Notes: generated by a model not told the origin, from the letters alone. 62,879 nucleotides of DNA, filler included, from Bonamia ostreae (GCA_040357525.1; 46 parts of 46 records of this genome joined end to end with filler, not necessarily neighbours in it); one strand, 5' to 3'. Shown: positions 25,992-40,669, numbered from the whole stretch's first letter. Numbers and translations are program-made.

Positions 25992-27462
25992 NNNNNNNNN
26001 NNNNNNNNNNNNNNNNNNNNNNNNNNNNNNNNNNNTTAATTAATTAANNNNNNNNNNNNNNNNNNNNNNNNNNNNNNNNNNNNNNNNNNNNGTGTTATTT
26101 CATAGGTTAGTTTCCAATGCGAACCCGGACAAATTGCATCTAGTGGAACTGACTCCTCTGGGAAAATTTTCTGGACCGGCGCACACGTAGCTGTATATGA
26201 ACACATATTCTTGTTACTACATATGTACTCGTATTGTTAACAGAATAATTCCTGTTTGGTTGTCATTTTAAAGAAAGGGGGTACAGTAATTATCGGTGAT
26301 TTCAGATGCCCTTTGAAAATGTATGAATAGCCCCAGTTGTTTTGAAAATAGTAAATACGTTCATGCATTTCAGTTTTATGTGAATTAAGTGTCACTTTTA
26401 AGATCTTGATAACAAGAGATAGTTGCTTCAAAGTACTGATTTTAAATGTCACTCTTTTTATGTACGTGCGTTTTTGTTTGTTTTTTTGCATTGTCGATAA
26501 AATCAATAATCATTTTGTTTTGTCAAGAATTCTAGGAAATCAGCTGCCCCAAAGAATCCTATATTGATGTGCAGTTTAAATGTTGAAATAACCAATTGAT
26601 GACACTCGTAGTTATGACCGAAACCGAAAGTAGATGTACTATTCTTATACCTGGATTTTTCAGTGCTCAACAGTAACGGAACAAAAAGAGAAATTCTACA
26701 AGTAGAAGGTAAGCATTTTGTGCTAAAAATTTAATTGAGCGTTTGATCGAATCTCTTCAGAATCGCCTCTACCTGTCATAGCGTACTGTAACACACTGAT
26801 CCATGAACAACGAGACGCGAGTAGGTGCATACATGTACATTCATGACCTCATTGATTGTATACCTGTTACATGTAGGTAGGAACGAGTGGGAACGTTTGA
26901 CCCCATTTCACATCATCCCAAGAAGTCAGGAATTTTACACATGCATTAAATCTTTGATTTATTCATTTATCTATTTAAATTCGAGTACCTCTGATTTCTG
27001 AAAATAATGTTTTTTGTTTACACAATCGGAGTTATCCCTCTTTCATTAGCTATACAAGGTAGTTAGTACGCCCCATTTGATGAGTTTTCACTCGTGTAGA
27101 GACATACATGACACTTAAGATCGTAGAAGTGATGGTCTTTAATGTGTCAACGCCTAACGTGAAACGAGCCACCCGTTTTTTAAATTCAACGAGTTAAATT
27201 GAACGACCTGCGACTTTCACTTGTTTGACGAAGGAACAACCACTCCCAAGGTTTGACGCGGTGTAAGAATCGACCGAACATGGCCTCCCGCTTGTAAAAC
27301 GAGTATCCTTAAGCATAAAGCTAATGCTATTAACAGTTATCAAATTTATGATCAGATCTTGGNNNNNNNNNNNNNNNNNNNNNNNNNNNNNNNNNNNNNN
27401 NNNNNNTTAATTAATTAANNNNNNNNNNNNNNNNNNNNNNNNNNNNNNNNNNNNNNNNNNNN

Positions 27463-28733
27463 ATTCAAATTAAAAAAATAACGAAAATCTGAAACCATTT
27501 TGCTTTTCATTTTGCAAATCTGCTAAAATCGCCAAATTTTTCTTGACATTTATAACAGAAAAATCTTCTTTCCTAAAATCGCTCATTCCGAAGATCTTTT
27601 GAATCTTCTCAAAATCTTTCATTATCTTTCTCATAACAATTTCTATGTCAGCACTCGTTTTCTTTAAATTTATCAAAATACAAAATTTGTCAAAAATTGG
27701 TTTTTTTATAAATATAAAATTTAGGTTTTATAATATTTTGACTTTTTTGTGAAAAAAAAACTTTCTTTTTTAAAACAGATTTGTGCCGTTTCAAAAATTG
27801 CTTCAGATACTCCGCAGCCGATTTGTCTCTTAAATGCTCAATAATCGACAAAAGTCCCTCAGACGAAACTTCTAATCGCTCTTCCAAAGTGTCCAGATAA
27901 CATGCTGTGCATGGATTTCGGACATATTGAGAAGCTTTAAATAGTTTTTCGGACTTTGTCCAATTTGGATTTTTTTCTTTTTTAAAAATCGCGCGATGAA
28001 AATCGATTATTTCGCTCGGATTTTTTCCAAAATAGGAAAGAATAAGTTTTAAAGATTTCATCTTTAAAAACAAAAATTCGTTTAGTCAAAATAAACTTCA
28101 AAAGTGTCGATGACGACGGGTTCATTTTCAAATTTGAAATTATCAAAAATTTCAAAATCCGCTTCGATTTCTTTTATGTCATTTTTTTCAAAATTGTGTA
28201 TCTTCGATCCAAGCAACAACCACAAAATCGCTTTTTTTTATTAATTATTTCAAATCATTTTTTTTTAAATTTTAAGGAACCAGAAACATAGACGTCGAAA
28301 ACTGCTTGGAATATTGGGAGGACAGTTTTGCCAATATGGACAAACGAAGAAATGTCTCTGAAAACGTTTTCCAAAATTTCATCGATTTTATTAAAATTTG
28401 TTCTTATCAAATTTTTATCGCTTTGTCTTCTGTAATGTTCTCCGTCTTTTTAAATTTTTTGTTGATATTTGTAAAAACTGAATAGACAGTCTCCCAAATC
28501 AGTATATACAACTCGGTGAGCCAGAACAGAAGCTATTTCATCGATTCTATCTTGATATGTAATCGGATTCAACACAATTGTGAAGTCCGGATTATTTGTG
28601 AAGTTTCGAACTTTTTTTATAAACGAATCTTCAAAGGATTTTATTCTTTCTTTTCCTAAACATAAATTTGAATATTTGCAGCAAAGTATTCTTATAGGAT
28701 CGATTTCGTATTCATCGCTTTTTTAAATTTAAA
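27463..28733 (-). CDS. Multi-exon parasite gene, probable MUN/MHD2 (Munc13/PATROL1-like) C-terminal region
   Basis: Splicing four GTT..AAG introns gives IASVLAHRVVYTDL..IDEILENVF..ILWLLLG..HNFEKNDIKEIEADFEIF..LKLILSYFGKNPSEII, similar to the MHD2 pattern as recalled. Confidence 0.5.
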
Positions 28734-28833
28734 NNNNNNNNNNNNNNNNNNNNNNNNNNNNNNNNNNNNNNNNNNNNTTAATTAATTAANNNNNNNNNNN
28801 NNNNNNNNNNNNNNNNNNNNNNNNNNNNNNNNN

Positions 28834-29386
28834 TTTTAATGGCGAATTAAAAGATAAATCGGAAAAAATGGTTGAAAAGGCAAAAGATAAAAAAGATGTC
28901 ATAACCAAAAATGCAAAAGATAAAAAAGAAAATGTCGCTGGAAAAGTCAAAGAGATTGGGAACAAAATTGAAGAGGACGCAAAAAGTTTTGGAGAACACG
29001 TTAAAAACATTGATTTTCTTGTTCCGAACAGAAGCAGAAAGACCAAATTAATTGATAAGAATTTTGATGGTTCTGCTTTATTTTTGGAAACACGGAATAA
29101 TCAAAGCGACGATAACTATAAATCAAGAAGAAAACTCGATGTAAACGGAAAATCCAACGAAAGCAAAAATAGAATAAATAATGATGCCAAGAATGACAAT
29201 AAACACAAAGACAAAAACGAAATTTTAAAAAATGTTAAAAACAACCATGACAAAGATATATTAAAAAATGGAAAGTCCGATGATGGCAAAATTGTAACAA
29301 ATGGAAAAAGTACCAAAAAGAAGGCAGCTCTATTAAACAAATTAAAGAAAAATGACCATAAATCAGATTTTGTTATACGAATATGA
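28834..29386 (+). CDS. Low-complexity K/N/D-rich parasite protein, 3' part
   Basis: Open frame from the contig start to the stop at 29386; no family motif. Confidence 0.5.
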
Positions 29387-29714
29387 AAATGTAACAATAA
29401 ATGTAACAAAAAATTTTTTTATAAAATTGAATTTGGATAAAGTTGTTGCCCATTAAAACAAAATTTAACCAAGAGATTTTTTAAGTAAATAGAATTTAAA
29501 AAAATTGAATCTTTCAAAATTTTCGTTTTAATATATTTTTTTGTTTTCTGTTATTTTTAATCCAAATGCTCATTCACAAATTTTTTATCGTCAAAAATAT
29601 ATTTTGAGTGAAAGTGCACAAAATTTCAAATTATATCATTTTTTTGTAACATAAAATTTGACAAATCGAAACAATATTAACTTTTTAGATATATTTTAAG
29701 CTCGTTACTTTGGA

Positions 29715-30104
29715 ATGGCTAAAAAGACCAAAATCTTTAAAAACAACAATAAAATCAAACGGAAAACGAAAAAATCGCCGCCAAACTGTTTTCTGCAATT
29801 TCACGTCAAAGCAAAAAATAGACTAAAATCGAAAAAGATCAAAATAGACAACAATAAAGAGGAAAACAAACCAGAATCGAAAAATCAGAAAATGGAAATA
29901 ATGCCGCTACGCAGATCCAGTAGAATAAGTAAGAGAAACACGGATCGAAACCTAAAATCTCCGTTTATAGTCCCCCCGTCGCAAAAGAGTTTAAGTGAAA
30001 ATGTCAACTATTTTATCAGCGATAAAAATTCGTATAAAAACGACGATGAAGATTATCAAAACACTGAAAATGAATCGAATTCCAAAATGTTCCAAATGAG
30101 CGAA
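29715..30104 (+). CDS. Basic low-complexity parasite protein, 5' part
   Basis: ATG-initiated ORF open to the contig end; contains PLRRSSRI. Confidence 0.45.
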
Positions 30105-31869
30105 NNNNNNNNNNNNNNNNNNNNNNNNNNNNNNNNNNNNNNNNNNNNTTAATTAATTAANNNNNNNNNNNNNNNNNNNNNNNNNNNNNNNNNNNNNNNN
30201 NNNNGAGACAAAAAGGGTGGCATGGTCTGAACAAAAGACAAGAGACCGAAACTATGAACTGCATACACGTATTAACTTATGTTGCGACTGTTGCGATTTA
30301 TGCATTTCTAGGTAAGGATTTTAGAAGCATCATTAAACGCCTCTTGCGCTGCAAAACAGAACATGCACCTTCAACAATTGAACAAGGCACTGAAAGACTG
30401 TAATTTAATGTTTTTGCAACCTCATTTCAATATAATATATCAATATAAAGTGCTAGTGTTCACGTTATTGGTAAGGTTGAAACATAACGTGACAATATTG
30501 TATTTCGAAGATAATTTGTTTTATATAGGTGATTCCTGGAATTCATCGGGAAAAAAACCCTCACTGATTGACTATCCTTTGCTAAATTTTACTACAAATT
30601 CTACATTCACAGATAATTGTGTACATGTTTGATACTGTTTGTCAAAGAAATGTATTTTCGGTTCACCGTTACCTACAGTCGACATCCTTTCTGATTTGCA
30701 TGGTAAAATTTTGATAGATTGCATTTGCAAATTTGATCCCTTTCATCACATCATGTTAAATTGTTTCTCTTTAAAATGCATATCGTATTTTCACGATAGA
30801 GGGATCTTGCGCAATATTGTATATGAATTACATCTTACCAGCTATAAATCAATATATCACAGAACAATTATAGATAAACATTTACTACACTGTATGTGCA
30901 ATTCTTTTCAGACGTAGCTCAAACAAACTTCTGGTGCTTGTATAAGTTAATGGAATGAAATCCTACATATATTTATCTCTATCACCTAATTCATTTTGAA
31001 TTTAACAAGCATTGCATGTATTTTGTTACAAAATCTAGAAACCTGAGTTGAAAACTTGCAGGTGCCGTGTAGTTGTCAATGCTATGTACATGTATTAGTG
31101 TAAAGAGCTCTGTCGTATTTCTTGATTGATTTTGTTATATTGTTCCAGTCACACCTGTGTATTTCTCCGTTATTACAAAACCTGCATTAGTTTTATCAAT
31201 TGCTGATATGTTCACGCAATAATTTTTGCAGGGATTTGCTTTTGATGACGTTCTTTCATCATTGACAATGCAGATCACACGGTTAGTAATGATAATTGTA
31301 TTACTAAAATGAGCTTTATTAGATTTTATACATGCTTGTTTGTAATACAGTAAATTACTTTACTGAATTTGATTGATGAGACTGTTATTATTGTTGTTTT
31401 GTACTCGTAACAAATTATTAAATTTGATCATGATATAGGAGTCACGGCTAGTATATAGCGGTCAACAGAGGGTGNNNNNNNNNNNNNNNNNNNNNNNNNN
31501 NNNNNNNNNNNNNNNNNNTTAATTAATTAANNNNNNNNNNNNNNNNNNNNNNNNNNNNNNNNNNNNNNNNNNNNGAGGCAAATAAGCAAATATGTGCACA
31601 TTAGATGTTTTTTAAAAAATATTTGCATTTGTTAAAGCTGTTGACTGATATGAATATATATTAACCAAGGAGAGTCTCAATGATTTATATTATTAAGAAA
31701 AGAAATTAAGCAAATGTGTGAATACTAGACAAATTCAAGACACTTGCAAATTTAAAATTGTTGTTTCTGATGAATATATATCAACTTACACATGTAGGAA
31801 CGTCTCAGTGATTCCTATAATTCATTGATATTTAAATCCATTAAATGAATTAGTAAGAATAAAAGATAC

Positions 31870-32250
31870 CTTTACAGATGATTGAGAATTGTTTGGTCTA
31901 TTTTCCAAATCCGTACTCATAGAATGGCTTTTAAACATTTTTGATGCTGTGTGTCTCTTTGAGCATGAAAGACACATGTACTCTGGGTCTTCACAAGTTT
32001 CACAGTACCCATAAGCTGGTACCCTTTCTTTGTCACCGAGACAAAGGTCACATAATACTTCTTTTTTCCTGTCCTCCTCAATAGTAGTTACTTTGTGTGA
32101 CTTAGTTGCATTCTGTATTTGATGCCGCCGTCCACATCGACCACAAAGATATATTTGTTCTTCTTTACATACCAGGGAAGCATTTGCAGATACATTAACA
32201 TCATAGCAAAGATCACATAAGTTAGTAGAGCAGATTTTGTCATTTTCCAT
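31870..32250 (-). CDS. Host B-box-type zinc-finger repeat protein exon
   Basis: CDLC..CKEEQIYLCGRCGRRH..H and CDLC..YCETCEDPEYMCLSCSKRH..H; bounded by AG and GT. Confidence 0.85.
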
Positions 32251-32944
32251 CTAGAGAAGATACAGCAAGTTATTATTTTAGTGAAAAAGATCTTTCGAAA
32301 GTAACTGAAAATTTCGTTTTGAATGATAAAGTATTCGTGTTAAATGTAAAATATTTAGAAATCACAGAGAATTTGCTAGTTTGATGATTTACCTTGATCT
32401 TTTCTGCTTCAGTATATTCTCTCCTCGGGTTGAAAACAGAATTGTCATTTGCTATGTCATCCAGGTGGTTATGCGCGTATTGGTGAACTTTCCTACCGTA
32501 AAAAGCATACGTATAGTTGCATATTATGTTCTAGTTTTAGTGAACGAAAATATGCTTTCATTGTTATACAATTTAATTGTGTGCCATATATATCACTATA
32601 TTCTATTTATCTAATGAAAGATCGATTTGTGAATTGAAACAGTAATCATTTAACTTTTTGAAATAACATATATACATCACACATCCTCTGTCCTCACAAT
32701 GAAGCACGGAATAATGATGAACTTGAAAACGTTTGAATTTACATTGAACGAATAATGAATAGCGAGATGACTAAACTAGGGTCAGAAGTCTTTTACATAT
32801 AAACATTAATAACATGAGATACATTAATTTCGAAATTAAGGATTNNNNNNNNNNNNNNNNNNNNNNNNNNNNNNNNNNNNNNNNNNNNTTAATTAATTAA
32901 NNNNNNNNNNNNNNNNNNNNNNNNNNNNNNNNNNNNNNNNNNNN

Positions 32945-34214
32945 AATCATTTAAATCTATCAAATTTTCTTCCTTTTCCATTTTTTCACTTTTTTTGATT
33001 GATTTTATAATTTTAAAAATTTAATTTTAACGTTTTATCGTCGTTTAAATCGTTCAAATTTTTTATTTCATCGCGATTAAACCAATTATCAATTTCATCG
33101 TTCAAATTATCAATTTGACTAATATCTTTATAATTTTTGTTTTTTGTCGATTTTTCAGACTTTTTGATATTATCATTAAATATTGTTTTATCCTCAAAAT
33201 CAAAATTTTTGCTTTCCTTTTTATCGTTTTCGGACTTTTTACTAATACTAAATTCTATGTTTTTATTATTGTTTTCGGACTTTCTATTATTTGATATGAA
33301 ATGATTTTTATTATTATTCTGCAAAATTTTCTTCTTCTCGAAAAAATTGGCCACGTAAGAAGATATTTTTTCGATATAATTATTTTGCAATTTTTTCTCT
33401 TCTGTTTCTTTAAAACGTTAAATAATTTAAAAATTTGCTAAAAAAATTCGACCTTCAAAATCTCCGTCTTTGTAATTTTTGAGAATTTTGACAATTTTGT
33501 CCAAACATTTAACGGCCAAATCTTTAACCTTTTTTTGATTTTCAAAACTTCTTTGTCTTTGCAAATCGTCAAAGGCCCAATTAATTGCAACAACTAAATT
33601 TAAAAAAATGACCATTTTTTAAAAAGCAAAATTTACAATTTTTACCTTCGAAGCAATGAAACCAATTCCGAACAAAACAGTGTTGTTATAAATGCAAAGC
33701 AATCCTCCGATCTTCGACGGTTGAGATTTATCGCTCAAAGCTTTTCTGGTGACGAGCAACAGCTTTTCAGCTCTCGAAGATTTTGGCAAAAATTTGGCTA
33801 TTTTCCCCAAAGCGATGATTGAAGTGTATCTTAATGGCGGTTCGATGTCGTGTTGCAATTTCCCCAAATTGAACAATAACTTTTGCGATTTTTAAAATGT
33901 CATTTTCAAAACTTTGTTAAAATTGTTGTTCGTCAAAATGGGAGCGACGAAAATCGCGTTTTTAGCGGTTACGTCTCTTATCATCGGCAGCGAATCTAAG
34001 AACTGTTTTTAGTTAATTTGAAATTTTCGAATTTGCAAAAATGTTGGAAAATGTCGAAACTCCTTGTGTGTAAAAATTGAAAATGTCGGAATTGAAAATA
34101 TCGGGATCGATATTGTTTGCGATGTCAGAAAAGTGCTTTGATTTGAAATTTAAACTTTTAGTAAATTTAAGCGCGTTTTTCGAACTTTTGATTTGAATAG
34201 TTTTGATATTGTTG
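32945..34214 (-). CDS. Parasite multi-exon HEAT-repeat protein, possibly the HEATR5/Laa1 N-terminal region
   Basis: LRYTSIIALGKIAK..RKALSDKSQPSKIGGLLCI..VKDLAVKCLDKI; several ORFs separated by AT-rich introns. Confidence 0.45.
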
Positions 34215-34314
34215 NNNNNNNNNNNNNNNNNNNNNNNNNNNNNNNNNNNNNNNNNNNNTTAATTAATTAANNNNNNNNNNNNNNNNNNNNNNNNNNNNNN
34301 NNNNNNNNNNNNNN

Positions 34315-34498
34315 GAGTGAGTCATGCGTCCCTGGATGAATGAGTCATGCGACCCAGGATGAGCAAGCCATACATCCCTGTATGAGTGAGTCTTGCGACC
34401 CTGTATGAGTGATCCATGCATCCCTGGATGAGAGCGTCATGCGACCCTGTATGTGTGCGTCATGCGTCTCTGGATTAGTGAGTCATGCATCCATGTAT
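34315..34498. repeat. Host minisatellite, ~20-bp unit (gagtgagtcatgcgaccctggat-like)
   Basis: About 9 degenerate copies visible. Confidence 0.85.
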
Positions 34499-35955
34499 AA
34501 GCAAGATGACTTGGGTGAGTATTTTGACACATGGTTCTCTTGTTTGGATACAATTACTTGATTTATTGATAAAAATAATCAACAACATAAATTGTATTAC
34601 TATCTACGAAGACTATTATTGATATTAGCAGCACTAAAAGATAACAATTTGAATCAACAAGTGGTTTTACTGATGCTAAAAATTGTAAGAGCAGATGGAC
34701 TCCTCGCTGATTATGGGATGGTGGTTGATATAAAGCTTGTATAATATTATGTATCTCGATAAATTCTATTTGGTTACACATGTACTTCTAGTTTCATTTA
34801 ATTTCTATAGGCGTCTTATCTTTCTGATTTTGTAGATCTGTAAGGTTGTTTAGGTAGAGTAATTACAGGTAATCAGAAATATTTCCTTTTGTTGTCTCAA
34901 AACCATGAAGTCATTTCGTCATCCGATATCTCCACTCATTGACTGCTTGCGTAATTATCGAGAGTGTTAAACTCCTTCGAGATATCCGAAGGTTCAAGAT
35001 ATTGTCATATTGATGTGTTAAAATAGTAATAAAGAAAATGTCGTTGGGACTTCCCATTCAATTTTACATACCCATGGTATTCGAGATATCGTTGTTGGAG
35101 ATATGTATCTACGCGTGTCATGACAACGGACCTCGCATTCAAGGTACTATCTCCTCTACTTTTCACTTCTAATGTCGAATGATAGGAGAAGAAGCAGTCG
35201 CGTCCTATTTTAGTGGTTCCTGGGATGGATCCAGGAATTCTCAATGGGATTTACTAATGAGTGCCGACTGCACGGATTTTCTATGCATTCATGAATACAT
35301 AAAAAAAAAAAAAAAAAATTCATTGTAACGATACATGTAATTTCATTTTATTCTGTACTAGTTTTATCTGATATACAAGAATAAACGATCAATATTCAAA
35401 ATAAAAAGGAAGTAACGTTAGGTGTATTCCTTATCTCGTGTTGCATTTCCTGTAAAAAAGAAAAACAACAAACAAACAAAAACAAGAAAACAAAAAACAA
35501 CCAACAAAAAACACACCAAACAAACCAGAAATATGTTCACATATGTTGTTTATTTTGCAGAAATTTACATACATGTAGTTTGTNNNNNNNNNNNNNNNNN
35601 NNNNNNNNNNNNNNNNNNNNNNNNNNNTTAATTAATTAANNNNNNNNNNNNNNNNNNNNNNNNNNNNNNNNNNNNNNNNNNNNACACATTGCAAAGTGTG
35701 TAGTTTGAAAATATTAAGTTTGATATTTTTTAAAGTATTAGTACAATCTGTGTGTGTCAGATGCAAACCTGTTTTCTCCAAGTCATGTACTGTTTGCAAC
35801 CTATAGAAAATTAAATCATAGGTCAGGACAATAAGCTATACCGTATGGCATCACGTGATGCAATAATTATTTTTTGGTAAGGGATTAGAATCAAACCATT
35901 TTCTGTCTAAGGTAGGATAATTCAACATTTGACCTCTAGAGCAAAAGTGACTTAC

Positions 35956-36549
35956 ATTTGTAAGCTTCCGATGACAGATATCTGTTGGGACACTGGTGAC
36001 ATTTGGCATTAAAGTTGGACTGAATTATCTGGCCCTTTATATTATATTCCGCACAGAATCCTGCAAGAGAATAATATCAAATCTGCTCTTAACCTACTAT
36101 GCTGGCAATGTACACATACATAGTACAATATTGGTACATTAATCAGATTGCTTTACAGTCAGATGCATTAACAATATTATGTGCAATAGGAAAAGGAACT
36201 TAAGTTACTTAACTTCATTGAGAGGAGAAATCTTTTCACATTGAATTAATTATCATAGAAATAGCTTCTATATGATGCAAGAAAACATACAACATAACAT
36301 TAAAGATTTACCAAAATTGATGTATGCTTCAGGTGCACACACTTCAGTGGTTACATTGATAAAATGGTTGATGAGACAATGGTAAATGTAGTTGTCTGCT
36401 CGTGAACAATTGAACTGATTGGAATAGGAAATGCAGTTCTTTTCAAATGATCGCTGAGACCATGTCACCTGACTCTCGGGACAGAAATCAACCACACGCA
36501 TTGACGCTGAAGGTATCCCACAATACCGGCCATGGACTATCGAAAAGTG
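35956..36549 (-). CDS. Host Cys-rich extracellular protein of an uncharacterised bivalve family (two exons)
   Basis: Exons 36312-36549 and 35956-36060 splice in phase: FCP..W..KNC..C..YHCLIN..EVCAP..G/FCAEYN..IIQ..C..CP..Y.SSEAYK. Confidence 0.7.
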
Positions 36550-36829
36550 CTGTAAAAAGTTTTCATGTTAATGAATCATTCATATTTTCGAAGTTTGTAC
36601 TTCCTGTTTACCAAATCTTTATTTAGTACATGTAACAGCAGAATCCTATTTCTAAAGATATATATACATGCATGTATATACACATGTATAAACATTACAG
36701 CTGGGCATCCTAGTTTGTTCTGTATTCTCATTGCACCCCTGTTGAAAATTAAGTAATAAAAAGCTGTGGTGGTAAATTTTGGAAAACCTTTTTCTCTCTA
36801 AAAATACCCGAGAACAGATTTTTTTTAAA

Positions 36830-36952
36830 CCTAAGTTAATTGAAAGCTATTCTGGTCACCTTTTATCTGTCGTCTCTTTTTCCATACTTAAACTTTCACA
36901 TTTTCATCTCCTTCTCCTGAACAGGTGAACCAATTTCAACCAAACTTGGAAC
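36830..36952 (+). repeat. Host interspersed repeat (Helentron/HINE-like head)
   Basis: agctattctggtcacc..tctgtcgtc..aactttcacattttcatctccttctc..ccaatttcaaccaaacttgg, typical of oyster repeats (recalled). Confidence 0.4.
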
Positions 36953-37052
36953 NNNNNNNNNNNNNNNNNNNNNNNNNNNNNNNNNNNNNNNNNNNNTTAA
37001 TTAATTAANNNNNNNNNNNNNNNNNNNNNNNNNNNNNNNNNNNNNNNNNNNN

Positions 37053-38320
37053 TTCCAAGCACTCAGAGCTTCTAGGAGCAAATTACATCAAACCACAAGA
37101 TGTACAAACGAATATTGACAGGAGCTCAGTGACAGCACTCAACATACAGCCAACATCAGACGGGGATATCAAGAAACTTCTTGGTTCCACTCAAAGCAAT
37201 ATTTCTCCTTTCAAATAGTTCAGCGTTGAAATTGTCACAACTCAGAGCTGTAATCCTGAGAGAACTGTGTTACCACTTTTGCTATTGAAGCAATCGAACC
37301 TCTACCCACCATGACATACCTTGATGTGGAGCCATCAGTGGAGGACCTCAGCAAGGTATCGATGGCATTTCTGTAGACTTGATCAATCGGTAGAAATCCA
37401 ACCCCTTACTTTCACTGCATGACGTCTTTTTGTCAATGTTGGAGAGAACGGTCTTTAACACGGGACATATGAGACGCCAGGACCGTAACCCTGTACAAGA
37501 ACGAAAGCGACGGAAGCGATTCTGACAACTACAGGGACATCTCCCTCTTGAACATTTATAGCAAACTCTCTGCTCGCGTCATCCTTACGCACCTCCAATA
37601 GCTGACAGAACGTATATATTCAGAAGTTCAGTGCGGCTTTCAAACGGAACGTTCAACAGTGGATATCATATTCTGTCTCTTTTTATTTCTCTGCCAACTA
37701 CAAGAAACCTACAGAGATCGGCAGAAGAATTTATCGACCTAACTCCTCCTGAAAATTGGATGCTCCAAAAATTAAATGGTTTGATAAGTGCTTCCATGAC
37801 GATGTGAAGGCAGCATGTCGATTCGACGTCAAGGACGAAGTGAAAGAAGGCTGTTGTGTCCTGTCGCACACCCTATTTGACATTTCTATCGGTTGCTGAA
37901 GCATAGGTTTGGGACGGAGGGGTGTACATACACGCCAGGACCGATGGACGCCTCTTCAGCCTCACCATACTAAGAACAAAAACCAATGTACATGAGACCC
38001 TGTTCTTTGCCGATGACGCTGCAGTGGCCTCACACACCGAAGAAGAAACCAGTGTCTGTAAAAGATCAGTGATGGGACAAGACGTGGACAGTATCCCGGA
38101 CATCACCATCAACGATTATGAACTGGCTGTTGTCTATCAGTTCACATACCTTGGTTCCGACATCAGTGACAACCTGTCCTTCGATTTTGACATCATTCAG
38201 CACATCTGGAAGGCTGCAAGAATGTTAGGTCGCCTAACGTCTCGTATATTAGCAAGTATAGCAACTACAAAACTATCATTGTACTCGACATGTATCGCCA
38301 TGTACGGAAGTGAATCGTGG
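37053..38320 (+). mobile_element. Decayed RTE-clade LINE ORF2 (host)
   Basis: LYKN..NYRDISLLN, EVQCGF, VYIHARTDGRLF, LFFADDAAVASH, FTYLGS, with many frameshifts and stops. Confidence 0.85.
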
Positions 38321-38420
38321 NNNNNNNNNNNNNNNNNNNNNNNNNNNNNNNNNNNNNNNNNNNNTTAATTAATTAANNNNNNNNNNNNNNNNNNNNNNNN
38401 NNNNNNNNNNNNNNNNNNNN

Positions 38421-39687
38421 CAAGCATGATTAAGCAATGAATCAATTCTTTCGTAATACAAAGATGTATTCGAGGGCTTTGGACTCTTTCCCGATGAATG
38501 AATGCAACAGTCGTATACACGAAAAAGCTGCCAAGCAATAAATGCCCGAGACGAGTTTCGTTCGCACTACGCGAGAAATTACAGGTAGAGCTTGAACACT
38601 TGGAGAAATGCGTCGGTAACTGAACCCACGAAGTGGGTCAACTCATTTGCCATTACCAAACAATCGGGTTCTAATAAGCTGATCACTGCAACCTTACCAA
38701 AGCTATACGTAGGCCTCATCACCCCATTAAAACGTTAAAGGACATTATTCCGAACTTGACCAGTGTGTAATACTTCTCAAAACTCGACGCAAGTTCAGAA
38801 TTTTCAGGCTATCAAACTGACCGGAAAGTCCTCATTTCTCATTAACTTTTACACACCTTTCGGTATATTTAGATTTCCGAGCATGCCCCTTGCAATCAGG
38901 TAAGCTTAGGACGAGATTCAACGCAAAAGTAATGAAATCTACGGAGGTTTAAAAGGTGTCACAACGCTTGTTGATGATAATCTCGCTTTTGGCAAAACAC
39001 GTGAGGAACGTGATGAGAACGTTCGCAAAGTATTGACACGCTCCCGCGAAAATTGGGTCAAACTCAACCCAGATAAACTCGTCGTTAGGTTCACCGGAGT
39101 TTCTTAATTTCCACATTTTGTCCACAGATGGTCTAAAGCCAGATCATAGCAAAATATCCGCTATTCGCAATGTCGAGCTCGAAACGGTTCTAGGAACAAT
39201 TTGCTATCTCGCTTTATTCTCACCAAAGCTATCGGGAATCATTAACCCATACGACAACTCATGAATGGTACTTCTGACTAGTACATTTGTGAAAGTCAAA
39301 GAAATTTCTACTAGATCCTGAGAACGATCTTGCAAAGTTCTTCCCAGATATATCGGGAATCACTAATCCCATGCGACAACTCATAAACGGTACTTCTGGG
39401 TTTGTATGGGACGATCCACAGGTTAGCACACTTCTGAAAGTCAAAGACATGTCGACTCGATCACCAGATCCTGTACTTGCTTACTATGATCCTTCAAAAG
39501 CTTTCATACTACAGTAGTTCTACTTCAGAAGTTTTGGTCTGTCGCGTACGCATCCACAACCTTGATGACAAGTTAGGTAAACTATGCACAGATAGAAAAA
39601 GAAATGTGAGCTTTCCTGTTTGGATGTTAACGTTTCACCAATACGTCCATGACGACAGATGCTTTACGGTGGAGACTGACCATAGAC
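38421..39687 (+). mobile_element. Decayed Ty3/Gypsy pol (RT-RNase H) fragment (host)
   Basis: SKLDA, TPFG, VDD, KLNPDK, YAQIEK and FTVETDH motifs in shifting frames; internal ~120-bp duplication (39230/39351). Confidence 0.85.
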
Positions 39688-40669
39688 NNNNNNNNNNNNN
39701 NNNNNNNNNNNNNNNNNNNNNNNNNNNNNNNTTAATTAATTAANNNNNNNNNNNNNNNNNNNNNNNNNNNNNNNNNNNNNNNNNNNNTTATATAAGTCAC
39801 ATTGTTTGAAAGACGATTTTCTAATTTTTTTAAAAAATAGAAATGTTCGATTAAATCTGGATTGATTGAAAAAATTTTAAGTTTGCTTAAAGTTTGAAAT
39901 TTTGTTTTTGTTACAACTCTTTTTGATCTTGTTTTGATTATTGGTTTTTTATTTGGTGCACTAATTAAGGATTTTGGGAGAATAAAGTTTTTAACGTAAA
40001 AGTTTGGTTGTTTTAATTTTTATCCGCAGCTCAATGACGATTTTTATTTGTGGAGATGACTTATTTTAGTGAAACAATTTGGATGTGACAAAATTGGTGA
40101 CTATAAATAAAGCTCCTTGCTAAGTCTTGATGCCAACAAAAATATAAATGATTTTAATAATTATAACGGATTTATATTAACAATGACATCTTATAATATC
40201 AAAATTGTTGTGGCGACATGTTGTGGTGACGAGAGAGAAGCCATCTATTTTGTTAAATAAATCTCTTGCACCACTACAGATTGTTCTGTCTCTTAAAAGA
40301 TGGACAATCTTATAAAAACATAATGTGACCTAAAAAATTAGTTTAATGTGGTCATCAGTAAAAACTTCAATGAGCTCGTTTATTAAGGTCTTTCTAATTA
40401 TAAATTTTTTTCGAAAACGAAGCATCGACATACCCACAAAGGATGAAATGGAAAGTCGAAAGATTAAATCTTTTTTAACTTAAAAAACATACAAAAATAC
40501 CAGAAAACTATCAAAAACACAAAAATATTAATAAAAACGAACAAAAACGTAAAAAATTTTAATCGAAACGTACAAAAATAATAATAAAAACTAATGAAAA
40601 CAGAAAATTAGCAAACTGCATAAAATTACCAAAAAAGACAAACCAGCGATTTATATAACAATAATAAAA

